In this document: positions 17,481 through 26,597 of the stretch, in pieces | How positions within the stretch are numbered: the stretch's first letter is position 1 | Layout: every line of letters starts with the position of its first letter | Source of the DNA: Gammaproteobacteria bacterium | GTDB lineage: Bacteria > Pseudomonadota > Gammaproteobacteria > UBA4575 | Length of the DNA: 64,000 nt | Assembly: GCA_965203725.1 (NCBI GenBank) | Contig: CBDBDH010000001.1 | Span: 644,686 to 708,685, forward strand | Reading direction: 5' to 3' | Program-made: the position numbers and the translations under genes | Notes under the pieces: model-generated | Database searches by the model: none | What the model saw: only the letters and a program-made list of their open reading frames with translations | What the model was told of the DNA's origin: nothing

Positions 17481-17648
17481 ATGCCCGATGACATCTATAC
17501 CCGAAACGGCTACCGCGACCGCCGCGACTACCTAGGCACCCTGGCTGACCAGTATGGCGTAGACTTCCATACCGTGGCGGCCATGGCCGAGATCCTGGGC
17601 AAGGACGAGGACTTTGATGGCTTGGTCACAGAACTGGAGAACTTCTAG
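17481..17648 (+). CDS. Small hypothetical protein (55 aa)
   Basis: RBS AATGGAGGTAAACATG; acidic peptide MPDDIYTRNGYRDRRDYLGTLADQYGVDFHTVAAMAEILGKDEDFDGLVTELENF. Confidence 0.35.
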   Translation: MPDDIYTRNGYRDRRDYLGTLADQYGVDFHTVAAMAEILGKDEDFDGLVTELENF

Positions 17649-17668
17649 GGCAGTCTTTGAACGGGACA

Positions 17669-17716
17669 CGGGGCACAGGGAAGTGCCCCGGCTATCTACG
17701 GGTGTGTTACCCGTAC
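17669..17716 (+). repeat. Leader element, type II: GGGGCACAGGGAAGTGCCCC plus ACGGGTGTGTTACCCGT
   Basis: Loop CACAGGGAAGUG resembles the high-affinity CsrA site RUACARGGAUGU. Confidence 0.7.
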
Positions 17717-18161
17717 TGATATAGGTGAAAGCCAGAAACAGGTAACGTAACGGAAGCCAACCATGAATGTGAATGACGACTCCACCAGCATAGAGCGGGT
17801 GAAGCTCTGCAAGGCGGTGAATTTCGCCACAAAGGAGGCACTCCACGTTATCCTGAATGACGAGTGCCACAAACCTTGGAAGGTGCCAAAATGGCTAAAT
17901 CATGCACATTAGCTAAAAAACGGCTTACGAGGATGGCCTGTAAGCGACGATCTCGACCTTGGCCGTATCCTAGTACCCCTGAAATCCGCATGGTTTTTGT
18001 ACAATTGGATGAGCGCAGGAACAGGGAATCCGATGCACACAGCCCTAACGTTCGGGCCTTTTTCCGGCCCTCAGTGGATCCCCATGGAAGCCATGTGCAA
18101 TGCTGTAACGCCGCTCGGGGAGTATGATGAGATCACACCACGAGCTTTAGGAATCTTCAGT

Positions 18162-18374
18162 ATGAAATCAACATCACGTATAAGGCCCTTGGACAGGGAA
18201 GAACTGAAGCGAATCCGAAAACGCACGGGGAAGTCCCTGGCCGAATTTGCTCCCCTGCTGGGCATGACTGGCCAAGGTGCCCGCCGTACTGTCCGCCGCT
18301 TTGAATCGGGAAAAGAACTTCCGCGTGATTCTGTTCTGGAGCGGTATCACGCGCTGCGTGAAGGAAAATTGTAA
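18162..18374 (+). CDS. Small HTH-type protein, paralogue 1 (70 aa)
   Basis: LDREELKRIRKRTGKSLAEFAPLLGMTGQGARRTVRRFESGKELPRDSVLERYHALREGKL, about 45 % identical to the next gene. Confidence 0.45.
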   Translation: MKSTSRIRPLDREELKRIRKRTGKSLAEFAPLLGMTGQGARRTVRRFESGKELPRDSVLERYHALREGKL

Positions 18375-18407
18375 CTGCGCGAGCTGTCCGAATTATCTGG
18401 AGTACAC

Positions 18408-18656
18408 ATGAAATCAGAACCAGACATTGAGCCCCTGACTACAGAGGAACTCCGCCAAATCAGAGAGGATTCAGGATTAACTAAAGCAGAGCTTGCCTGC
18501 CTGTTCGGTCTGTCGGACAGACGCGTCATCCGTCGCTATGAATCGGAATTGGGAGATTTCTGCCCGTCACGACCTGTGCAGAGACTGTACCATCTGTTGC
18601 GCGAAGGGAAACTGAATCATCTGGTGCGAAAAGTGAAGAAACTGCGCAAGGCGTAA
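18408..18656 (+). CDS. Small HTH-type protein, paralogue 2 (82 aa)
   Basis: LTTEELRQIREDSGLTKAELACLFGLSDRRVIRRYESELGDFCPSRPVQRLYHLLREGKL. Confidence 0.5.
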   Translation: MKSEPDIEPLTTEELRQIREDSGLTKAELACLFGLSDRRVIRRYESELGDFCPSRPVQRLYHLLREGKLNHLVRKVKKLRKA

Positions 18657-19599
18657 ATGGTAGGAACATGAGAAATGGAGATGATGCACCGTTTCTCGAT
18701 CAGGGTGATTGTGCCGTACAGCCACAGATTGACGCACAAATGATGAGTGACCTCGCCAAATTCTTTCATCCTGAATAATCTGCGTTGTACTGGCAGATCC
18801 GGTCTTGTCCATGAGTTGAAGACGCTGAGGTCTCCAACCTCAGACTTGCAGCATCCGAGATGTATGGTCAACTCAACGAGCAGCTAGTCATATCGGACTA
18901 GTCCAGACCTCGCTGCAGACGCAACGGATCATGTTGACAACCTTTTCCCGTTTCTAGTGCATGGATGCGTAACTCAGTGCCTTATCTGAAAAGTATCTGG
19001 TCCGCACGGAATTGGTTCGAACTAACCAAAATTTCATCAAGGAGAGTGGGGTTTTATGAAACGCTTTGAGCGGGACATAATTTTGCAACTGAACATACAT
19101 TTGCTGCAATACATCCGCTAATTCGAGTCCGAGATTAATGATCTTCGCTTGCAGGTGGATCGCATGCAGCGGGCACCCAGCCCACATTTCGATAACGGGG
19201 CAAGGCTGTAAATGGAAAACAGTCTGATAACCAAGCATGATACCAAGGACCTGGGCCTCAAGGCTGGTGAAAAAGGAGAGAATCCAGGCTGTATCCACGC
19301 TCGAATCATGCGTATGCTAGGGTATTCTGTGGAACGTCCTGATACCTCGTTGGATAGTTGACTGAAGACAGCCATAGCACTCACAGGGGCAACAATGGGG
19401 GCAACTGAGCAAACCACACAATAGTAAATTCATATATATTAGGTAGTTATTAACGCTATTCGGTGGTTACCGGGCCCATCAAATCCGTCACAAAATACCG
19501 CACGGCGGGCGCGCAGCGCACCATGGGCGCGACGGAATTCCGTTGGAGGCGACCGCCGGGCATTGTAGAGTAACAGCCTTTGATTTGCAGGTTGCGAGG

Positions 19600-20958
19600 A
19601 TGCCAAGGAAAATTGCAATTATCGGTGCGGGAGTCTCGGGGCTGGGCACGGCCTGGGCGCTGCATCACCACCCCGAGCGGTTCGATTTTCGAATCTACGA
19701 GGCCCAGTCGCGCATCGGCGGCAACGCCATCACGGTGGACATGCCGCAGGAGGACGGCAGCTCGATCCCGTTCGACATCTCCGTCACCGCCTGCATCCCC
19801 TCGGCCTACCACCATATCGTGCTGCTCATGCAGCAGTACGGCATCGACCTGGTCGACACCCGCTTCAGCTACAGCGTGAAGTACAAGGGCGGGGTCTACG
19901 CGCACGATTACGACTCCGACATCCGCCGACAGCTGCTGCCGGAGATCGAGAAATTCCAGAAGCTGCTGCGGCGCCTGCAGTGGTTCGGCCGGCTCAACCA
20001 CACGAAGTCCGCCCTGCTCAATGCGCTGAATCCGTTCAACTACGTCCGCATGGGCACGCTGCTCAACCTCGGGCGCTTCTCGGGCGACTTCCGCTACAAG
20101 ATCCTCAAGCCGATGTTCGTCAATTTCCTGATGGCCACCAACGTGTTCGACATGCCGGCCGCGCTGTTCTCCCGCTACCTGGAGTTCTTCGACATCGAGT
20201 CCGCCACGCCGATGCAGTCCTGGGACCAAGGCACGCGGCGCATCTACCAGAACCTGTCGGCGGAGTTCGAGGACAAGATCTACCTGGAGCGCCCGGTCCG
20301 CAAGGTGTACCGGCGCGAGAACGAGGTCGTGGTCGAGGACGAGAACGGTGAAAGAGAGGCCTACGACGACGTGGTGTTCGCATGCAACGCAAACCAGACC
20401 CTGATGATGCTGGACCAGCCCACCCTCCTGGAAACCTCGATGCTGTCCTCGGTCCGCTACGAGAGCGAACTGCACAACCACACGATCGTGCACTCGGACG
20501 CCTCGTTGCTGCCGGACACGGAGGTCCGGGAACTTGATACCCGCAGCAACCACATCGAGCAGTACGGGGTGCGCCCGGACAACTACGAGATCACCTACAT
20601 CATGCACAACCAGCAGCCCTGGGCGAAGCACTCCGACAAGCCCTGCCTGGTAACCTACAACCCGATCAGCCGCATCGACGAGGCCAAGGTCATCAAGAAG
20701 TGGTGGTTCCAGCACATCGTCCACGACGTACGCCAGGTGGCCCTGCTCGTTTTGATGTTCCGTTTCATCCAGGGCAAGAGGCGAACCTGGCACTGTGGCG
20801 CACACACGCTGATCAACAGCCAGGAGACCTGTTTCGTGACCGGCCTGGTGACCGCGAAACAACTCGGCGCCGACTATCCGTTCCAGGACAGCGAGGCGAG
20901 AAAGTGGTTCAACTTCTACGGGCGCATGATGTACGGCTGGCGTTTCAAGAAAGCCTGA
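19600..20958 (+). CDS. FAD/NAD(P)-binding oxidoreductase (amine-oxidase-like)
   Basis: N-terminal Rossmann motif KIAIIGAGVSGLGTAW; about 452 aa. Antisense ORF 19456-21051 rejected. Confidence 0.7.
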   Translation: MPRKIAIIGAGVSGLGTAWALHHHPERFDFRIYEAQSRIGGNAITVDMPQEDGSSIPFDISVTACIPSAYHHIVLLMQQYGIDLVDTRFSYSVKYKGGVYAHDYDSDIRRQLLPEIEKFQKLLRRLQWFGRLNHTKSALLNALNPFNYVRMGTLLNLGRFSGDFRYKILKPMFVNFLMATNVFDMPAALFSRYLEFFDIESATPMQSWDQGTRRIYQNLSAEFEDKIYLERPVRKVYRRENEVVVEDENGEREAYDDVVFACNANQTLMMLDQPTLLETSMLSSVRYESELHNHTIVHSDASLLPDTEVRELDTRSNHIEQYGVRPDNYEITYIMHNQQPWAKHSDKPCLVTYNPISRIDEAKVIKKWWFQHIVHDVRQVALLVLMFRFIQGKRRTWHCGAHTLINSQETCFVTGLVTAKQLGADYPFQDSEARKWFNFYGRMMYGWRFKKA

Positions 20959-21078
20959 ACCGGAACACGGCGGAGACTGCCGGTCACGGGCTCCGGACAG
21001 GCTGAGATTTCCCCCGAACCTGGCCATTCGGGCATGTCTGTCTGTGGGCAAGCCGGAAAATTCATGTAACTATAGGCC

Positions 21079-22215
21079 ATGGGCAGCACAAACACTCAAT
21101 CCTCCACGCGGCGTAAGCCCCTGGATACGATCCCGTCCGAACTGGCAGCACCGTGCGATTTCGAGCGGCTGGCCCCCGAATTCATCGAGGCCACAGCCTG
21201 GGCACATGTTGCCGGGGGCACCGGGGGCGAGCAATCCCTGCAGGCGAACATCCGGGCGCTGGCCAGCATTGAGCTGCACAGCCGCATCCTGCAAGATCTC
21301 GAGGCAGCCTCGACCCGGACCACGCTGCTGGGGCAGGCGTTTCGACACCCCGTGCTGCTCGCGCCGATGAATGCGCAGTCCCTGGTCCACCCGCAAGGTG
21401 AGCTTGCCACGGCTGCCGGTGCCGCAGCACAGGAAGCGTGCCTCGTCGTCAGCACCCAGGCCTCCAAGCCAATGGAGGAGATCGCCGCTCAAACCGATGC
21501 GCCGAAGTGGTTTCAACTCTACATCCAGCCCGAGCGCAAACACACCCGGGCATTGATCGAGCGTGCAGAAAACGCAGGCTTCGGCGCCCTCATGGTGACC
21601 CTGAACGTGCCCATCCTGGTCCCCGTCTACCGTGCAGTGAGAGCCGGCTTCGCCCTGCCCGATCATGCACGCCCGGCACACGTGTTCGGATCGCCCAAAC
21701 GAGCGCAGGCCGAGCTGAGGCCCGATCAAAGCCCGATCTTCCAGGGCAAGATGCGCGAGGCGCCGGACTGGGACGAGTTGGCCTGGGTGCTTGAACAGAC
21801 CTCGCTGCCTACGATTGCGAAGGGTGTGACGCATCCGGACGATGCCAGGCGCCTGATCGACATGGGCATCGACTGCATTGCCGTGTCCAACCACGGCGGT
21901 CGGGCCCTAGATGCCATGCCGGCCAGCATTCACTGCCTGCCCGGAATCCGGCAGGCGATCGGCGATGATTTCCCGCTGCTCATGGATGGCGGGATTCGAA
22001 GCGGGTATGACGTGTTCAAGGCCATCGCCATGGGCGCCGATGCCGTGATGATCGGCCGATTGCAACTCTATGCGCTGGCCGTCGCAGGCAGCCTGGGCGT
22101 GGCGCACCTCATCAAGCTGGTTCGCGAGGAACTGGAACTCGCCATGTCGTTCGCCGGCTGCACGTCGGTCGAGCGCATCAACCGGGATTGCCTGTTTGCG
22201 GGAACAGGTTCCTGA
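21079..22215 (+). CDS. FMN-dependent alpha-hydroxy-acid dehydrogenase/oxidase (L-lactate dehydrogenase LldD / glycolate oxidase family)
   Basis: VSNHGGR active-site motif; TIM-barrel FMN family features. Confidence 0.75.
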   Translation: MGSTNTQSSTRRKPLDTIPSELAAPCDFERLAPEFIEATAWAHVAGGTGGEQSLQANIRALASIELHSRILQDLEAASTRTTLLGQAFRHPVLLAPMNAQSLVHPQGELATAAGAAAQEACLVVSTQASKPMEEIAAQTDAPKWFQLYIQPERKHTRALIERAENAGFGALMVTLNVPILVPVYRAVRAGFALPDHARPAHVFGSPKRAQAELRPDQSPIFQGKMREAPDWDELAWVLEQTSLPTIAKGVTHPDDARRLIDMGIDCIAVSNHGGRALDAMPASIHCLPGIRQAIGDDFPLLMDGGIRSGYDVFKAIAMGADAVMIGRLQLYALAVAGSLGVAHLIKLVREELELAMSFAGCTSVERINRDCLFAGTGS

Positions 22216-22239
22216 AATTCTGAATCCAGCGGGCGATCC

Positions 22240-24129
22240 CTAGCTGCCCATCAACCGGTCCCCGTCATGGGAAATGGCCACGATGGCCGGTCGCGGCGGC
22301 ATGCCTCCATCGAAATCGGGCCACCGGGTTGAGGGGGCATCGAATCCCGACCCTTCACCGGGGTGCTGCACGCAACAGAACATCGTTTTGTAATCCGGAG
22401 TAAAACACGGACTGCAGATCTCCGCCCCGCGGGGAGTGCTCAGGAAGTGTCGCGGCAAGGCACGCTTGCTTCCCTGGGTGCCGCTGACCCAGATGCCGTC
22501 CGCGATGCCCTGTCTTCCGAAGCCGTCGGTGGCAATCCACAAATTGCCTGAGCGATCAAATGTGCCGTTGTCCGGACAGGAAAACCAGCCCGGTGCGCTG
22601 GTGTCCGGGTGGTAGCGAGCCTGGTCCACCGGGCTTTGCGGATCACCGGCCAGTATGAAGATCTCCCACGTGAATTGTGCAGCAGCGTGATCACCGCCGG
22701 GTGCAACGAACTCAAGGATATGACCATGGCGATTGAATCCTCTCGGGTTGGCAGGATTGTCTGACAGCGGCTCGCGCATGACGTTGTTCGTGAGGATCGC
22801 AAAGACATGGCCCGTGACCGGGTTGACCTTGATTTCCTCGGGCCGGTCCATCGGCGTCGCCCCTGCAAGATCGGCCGCGCCTCGCATGTCGATGACCACA
22901 TCCGCCTGGCTGGAAAAGCCGTTCGCCGGTGTACAGGCGCCCTGCCCCCACACCAGGGGGTGCCAGACGAGCATGCCCTGTTCGGTGAACTCGGCCACCG
23001 ACAGCTCACCTTCGTCCAGCAAGCTACGGTTATGCCCGGCATCCCCCGGGCGATAGCGCTGCCTGCTGACAAACCGGTAGATGTACTCGAAGGCCTGGTC
23101 ATCACCCATGTACACCACCACCCGTCCATCCGGGTTGATCACCACATCGCAGCCTTCGTGCTTGCAGCGCCCGAGCGCCGTTCGCTTCACCGGCACGGAG
23201 TTCGGATCGTACGGGTCGATCTCGACAATCCAGCCGGCGTGCATGCCCGCCTGCGGGTGCAGGTCCAGGTTCCAGGACTCGTGAAACATCCCCCAGGCCG
23301 AGCGGGCAACGTCGCTGCCGTGCATGCCAAAGCGCTTGTAGCTGGCCATCTCCTCCGTCAGCCTCGCCTCGCCCATGAAATAGGATTGCACGTTTTCCTC
23401 AGCCGTGAGCACCGTACCCCACGGCGTGACCTGCCCGGCGCAGTTGCCGAACGTACCCATGGACTTCACGCCCTCGGGGGAGAACGCGGTCTTGAGCCTG
23501 CGGTGCCCGCGGGCAGGGCCTGAGAATCGCATCCCGGTCCGCGGCGTGATGCGCCGGTTGTAGCCGGAGGCGAGGTGGGCCTTCCAGGTGCCCTCTCTGC
23601 GATGTACCTCGACGATGGACAGGCCGTGGGCCTGCATCTCGACATCGACCTGCTCGCGACTCAGCCCAAAGGGGTCCGGCGAGCCCGGGTGCATCATGGC
23701 GCTGCTCACATACTCGTGGTTGACCGCCAGCAGGCCGGACTCCGATAGGTGGGCGGCGCCCGGCAGGGGCAGCCAGCCGAGAAAATCGTTGTTGTAGCCG
23801 AACTGTCTGGCCTGGGCCCCTGGCGTTTGCCGGTACGGATCGAAGCCCGGGGCATCGGTGAACAAGGGGTCGCCCCAGGCGAGCACCACCTGCCAGGCAT
23901 AGCCTTGCGGCACGTGCAGGGTGTCATCGAGCCCGTGGGGCAACTCCTTGAACGCGGGCGGGGACGCTGGCGAGGCCAGCGCCGGGCCCATCCACATCGA
24001 CTGCGCGCCGGCGAGTGCGGAGCCTTTCAGGAAAGTGCGCCGGGCGATGCGGCGCTCGAGAATTTCGCCAAACGGGGTGGCGTGGTGTTCGCGCGGTGCC
24101 GGCAGATCATCTACATCCAGGCTGCTCAT
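22240..24129 (-). CDS. phoX: Alkaline phosphatase PhoX (DUF839), Tat-secreted
   Basis: Twin-arginine signal RRTFLKGSALAGA; 629 aa with PhoX-family blocks. Confidence 0.8.
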   Translation of the reverse strand: MSSLDVDDLPAPREHHATPFGEILERRIARRTFLKGSALAGAQSMWMGPALASPASPPAFKELPHGLDDTLHVPQGYAWQVVLAWGDPLFTDAPGFDPYRQTPGAQARQFGYNNDFLGWLPLPGAAHLSESGLLAVNHEYVSSAMMHPGSPDPFGLSREQVDVEMQAHGLSIVEVHRREGTWKAHLASGYNRRITPRTGMRFSGPARGHRRLKTAFSPEGVKSMGTFGNCAGQVTPWGTVLTAEENVQSYFMGEARLTEEMASYKRFGMHGSDVARSAWGMFHESWNLDLHPQAGMHAGWIVEIDPYDPNSVPVKRTALGRCKHEGCDVVINPDGRVVVYMGDDQAFEYIYRFVSRQRYRPGDAGHNRSLLDEGELSVAEFTEQGMLVWHPLVWGQGACTPANGFSSQADVVIDMRGAADLAGATPMDRPEEIKVNPVTGHVFAILTNNVMREPLSDNPANPRGFNRHGHILEFVAPGGDHAAAQFTWEIFILAGDPQSPVDQARYHPDTSAPGWFSCPDNGTFDRSGNLWIATDGFGRQGIADGIWVSGTQGSKRALPRHFLSTPRGAEICSPCFTPDYKTMFCCVQHPGEGSGFDAPSTRWPDFDGGMPPRPAIVAISHDGDRLMGS

Positions 24130-24228
24130 TGTCCGTCGAACCCCCGATCCTTACCCAGCGAAGTCGTGATCCGGAGTGTAGCAGGCCTTTGCTGCGGACC
24201 CGTGACAGGGCTGCCTGACCGATGGCCC

Positions 24229-25329
24229 TCAGGTCGAGCTCGGCAGGTCCGGGAAGGCACTGGCCACGCCCGCATGAGTGATCTGCCCGCCGTGGATGTT
24301 GAGCGCTTCTCGCACACCGGCCTCATGTTCGAGAAACGCCTCCAGACCCAGTCCGGCCAGCTTTCGGATATAGGGCAGCGTGGCGTTGCAGTAGGCCTGG
24401 GTGCTGGTGCGGCTGACCGCACCGGGCATGTTCGGCACGCAGTAGTGCACGATGTCGTCGACCAGGTACACCGGGTCACTGTGCGAGGTGCGCCGGCTGG
24501 TCTCGAAGCACCCGCCCTGGTCGATGGATACGTCCACGAGCACCGCACCCCGCTTCATCTCGGTGAGCATCGCGCGGTGGATCAGCCTCGGTGAGCGTGC
24601 CCCCGGGATCAGCAAGGCGCCGACGATCAGGTCGGAGCGTACGGCGAACTCGTGTACGGCGTGCGGATCGCAATAAATCGTCGTGACGTTGGCCGGCATG
24701 ACCTCATCGAGGCAGCGGAGCCTTTCGATGTCGATGTCCATGATCGTGACGTTGGCGCCGAGTCCTGCCGCCACCCGCGCGGCATTGGCGCCCACCACGC
24801 CGGCGCCGAGCACCAGCACGTTGGCCGGGGCCACCCCGGCCACCCCTCCGAGCAGGATGCCGCGCCCCTTCAGTGGCGTCTCCAGGCACTTCGCGCCTTC
24901 CTGGATCGCCATCTTGCCGGCCACCTCGCTCATGGGTTTCAAGAGCGGGCGCTCGCCCTTGGGATTGCCCAGCGTCTCGCAGGCCAGCGCCGAGATGTTT
25001 TTCTCGATACAGGCCTCGACCAGGGGCCTGGAGACCGCCAGGTGAAAGTAGCCGAAGACGATCATGGAATTCGCGTAGTCTCCGATCTCGTCCATCTGCG
25101 GCTCCTTGACCTTGAGTAGCAGCTCGCAGTCCGCATGGATGGCATCTGCCGAGTCGACGATGCGGGCGCCGGCCTTCTCGTATTCCTCATCCAGGTAGCC
25201 GCTGCCGTGACCGGCCTGGGCCTGCACCCACACCTCGTGGCCGTCCTCGACCAGCAACTGCGCGCCGACCGGCAACAGCGCTATGCGGTACTCGTCGACC
25301 ATCGTCTCCTTCGGTATTCCGATCTTCAT
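24229..25329 (-). CDS. ald: Alanine dehydrogenase
   Basis: MKIGIPKE...KVKEP, 366 aa; NAD Rossmann VLVLGAGVVG. Confidence 0.8.
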   Translation of the reverse strand: MKIGIPKETMVDEYRIALLPVGAQLLVEDGHEVWVQAQAGHGSGYLDEEYEKAGARIVDSADAIHADCELLLKVKEPQMDEIGDYANSMIVFGYFHLAVSRPLVEACIEKNISALACETLGNPKGERPLLKPMSEVAGKMAIQEGAKCLETPLKGRGILLGGVAGVAPANVLVLGAGVVGANAARVAAGLGANVTIMDIDIERLRCLDEVMPANVTTIYCDPHAVHEFAVRSDLIVGALLIPGARSPRLIHRAMLTEMKRGAVLVDVSIDQGGCFETSRRTSHSDPVYLVDDIVHYCVPNMPGAVSRTSTQAYCNATLPYIRKLAGLGLEAFLEHEAGVREALNIHGGQITHAGVASAFPDLPSST

Positions 25330-25337
25330 GATGGCGA

Positions 25338-26591
25338 TTATCCCAGAACCAGCTTCCAGATGTCTTCCAGTATAGCCTTCAGATGAAGACAGAAACGCGC
25401 GGCCTCAGCTCCATTGATGACCCTGTGATCATACGACAGCGACAGCGGCAGGAAATTCTGCCCGTTGCGCACGATCATGCGAGACAACCCCAGGATGGCC
25501 ACCTCGGGCGGGTTGATGATCGGCGTGAAGGCCTGCCCACCGATATGCCCGAGGCTGGTGACCGTCATGCTCGCACCGCCCATCTCGTCGGGCTTCAGCT
25601 TGCGCTCGCGGGCACGCTGGCCGAGATCCGCCACCCCGGCGGCCACTTCGGCCAGGGTCATCCTGTCCACATTGCGCAGCACCGGCACCAGCAGGCCGTG
25701 CGGGGTGTCCACGGCGATGCCGATGTGGAAGTACTTCTTCAGCACGATGCGCTCGCCCGCCGCGTCAAAGGAGGCATTGAAGCGCGGAAACTCGGCCAGG
25801 GTGCCGGCCAGGGCCTTGATGACGAAGATCGGGGGCGTGAGGCGCAGTCCGCGGGCTCCGGCCTCCTCGGCCAGCTGCGCACGATGGGTCTCGAGGGCGG
25901 TCACATCGGCACGCTCGAAATGGGTCACGTGCGGGATGGACTGCCAGGCCGAAAGCAGGTTCTCTGCCGTCAGGCGCTGGATCTTGGTCAGTGGCTCTTC
26001 CTCGGTGTCCCCGTACCTGGAAAAGTCCGGCAGGGGGACCGGGGTGGCTGCCGTGCGGGCGGGCGGAGCCTGCAGGCGGGTGCGCACATGCTGCTCGATA
26101 TCCTCCTTCAGCACCCGCAGTCCGCGCCCGCTGCCCTGCACGTGCTCGAGCGAGACCCCGAGTTCGCGGGCATAGCGGTACATCGCCGGGCTGGCGTACG
26201 CCTGGGTGCCCGACCCGGGTGGTGTCGATACGGGTTCGGGGTCCGATGAGGGTTCAGGAGCCAGCGTAGATTCAGGATCCGGTGTGGGGTCGCGGGATAC
26301 GGGAGCCGGCGCCTCCTCGGGTGTGTCCGACTTCGAATCCGGGGCGGACCCGGCAAGTTCCAGGGCAAGCAAGGCGTCGCCTTGCACCATCTGGTCGCCG
26401 GGCTGCACGTGAATCTTGCCCACCACCCCGGCATGCGGGGACGGGAACTCCACCAGGGCCTTGTCGGTCTCCAGCGTGGCCAGGGGCTGGTCGACCTCGA
26501 CGCGCTCGCCAGGCTGCACCAGGATCTCAACCACGTCCACCGGGGCATCGTCTTCGAGCTCGGCGATGCGAATGTCCCTGATCTCGGCCAT
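25338..26591 (-). CDS. aceF: Dihydrolipoyllysine-residue acetyltransferase, E2 of pyruvate dehydrogenase complex
   Basis: Lipoyl domain LETDKA, Ala/Pro-rich linkers, catalytic DHRVINGAEAARF. Confidence 0.85.
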   Translation of the reverse strand: MAEIRDIRIAELEDDAPVDVVEILVQPGERVEVDQPLATLETDKALVEFPSPHAGVVGKIHVQPGDQMVQGDALLALELAGSAPDSKSDTPEEAPAPVSRDPTPDPESTLAPEPSSDPEPVSTPPGSGTQAYASPAMYRYARELGVSLEHVQGSGRGLRVLKEDIEQHVRTRLQAPPARTAATPVPLPDFSRYGDTEEEPLTKIQRLTAENLLSAWQSIPHVTHFERADVTALETHRAQLAEEAGARGLRLTPPIFVIKALAGTLAEFPRFNASFDAAGERIVLKKYFHIGIAVDTPHGLLVPVLRNVDRMTLAEVAAGVADLGQRARERKLKPDEMGGASMTVTSLGHIGGQAFTPIINPPEVAILGLSRMIVRNGQNFLPLSLSYDHRVINGAEAARFCLHLKAILEDIWKLVLG

Positions 26592-26597
26592 CTGCGA

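Noticed and set aside
13194-17761. Intergenic hairpins as integron attC sites or as Rho-independent terminators
   Set aside because: No GTTRRRY/RYYYAAC core pairs, and the arms are perfect rather than bulged as in attC. No integrase nearby. No U-tract follows any hairpin, so they are not intrinsic terminators.
18990-19040. Possible tRNA 3' fragment (GGTTCGAAC) as island att site
   Set aside because: No complementary T-stem, acceptor stem or CCA context could be built around it; likely chance.
19456-21051. 531-aa minus-strand ORF
   Set aside because: Antisense to the FAD-oxidoreductase gene, which has a clear Rossmann motif. Long antisense ORFs are expected at this GC content.
22807-24594. 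238-aa and 281-aa plus-strand ORFs
   Set aside because: Antisense to phoX/ald coding regions.
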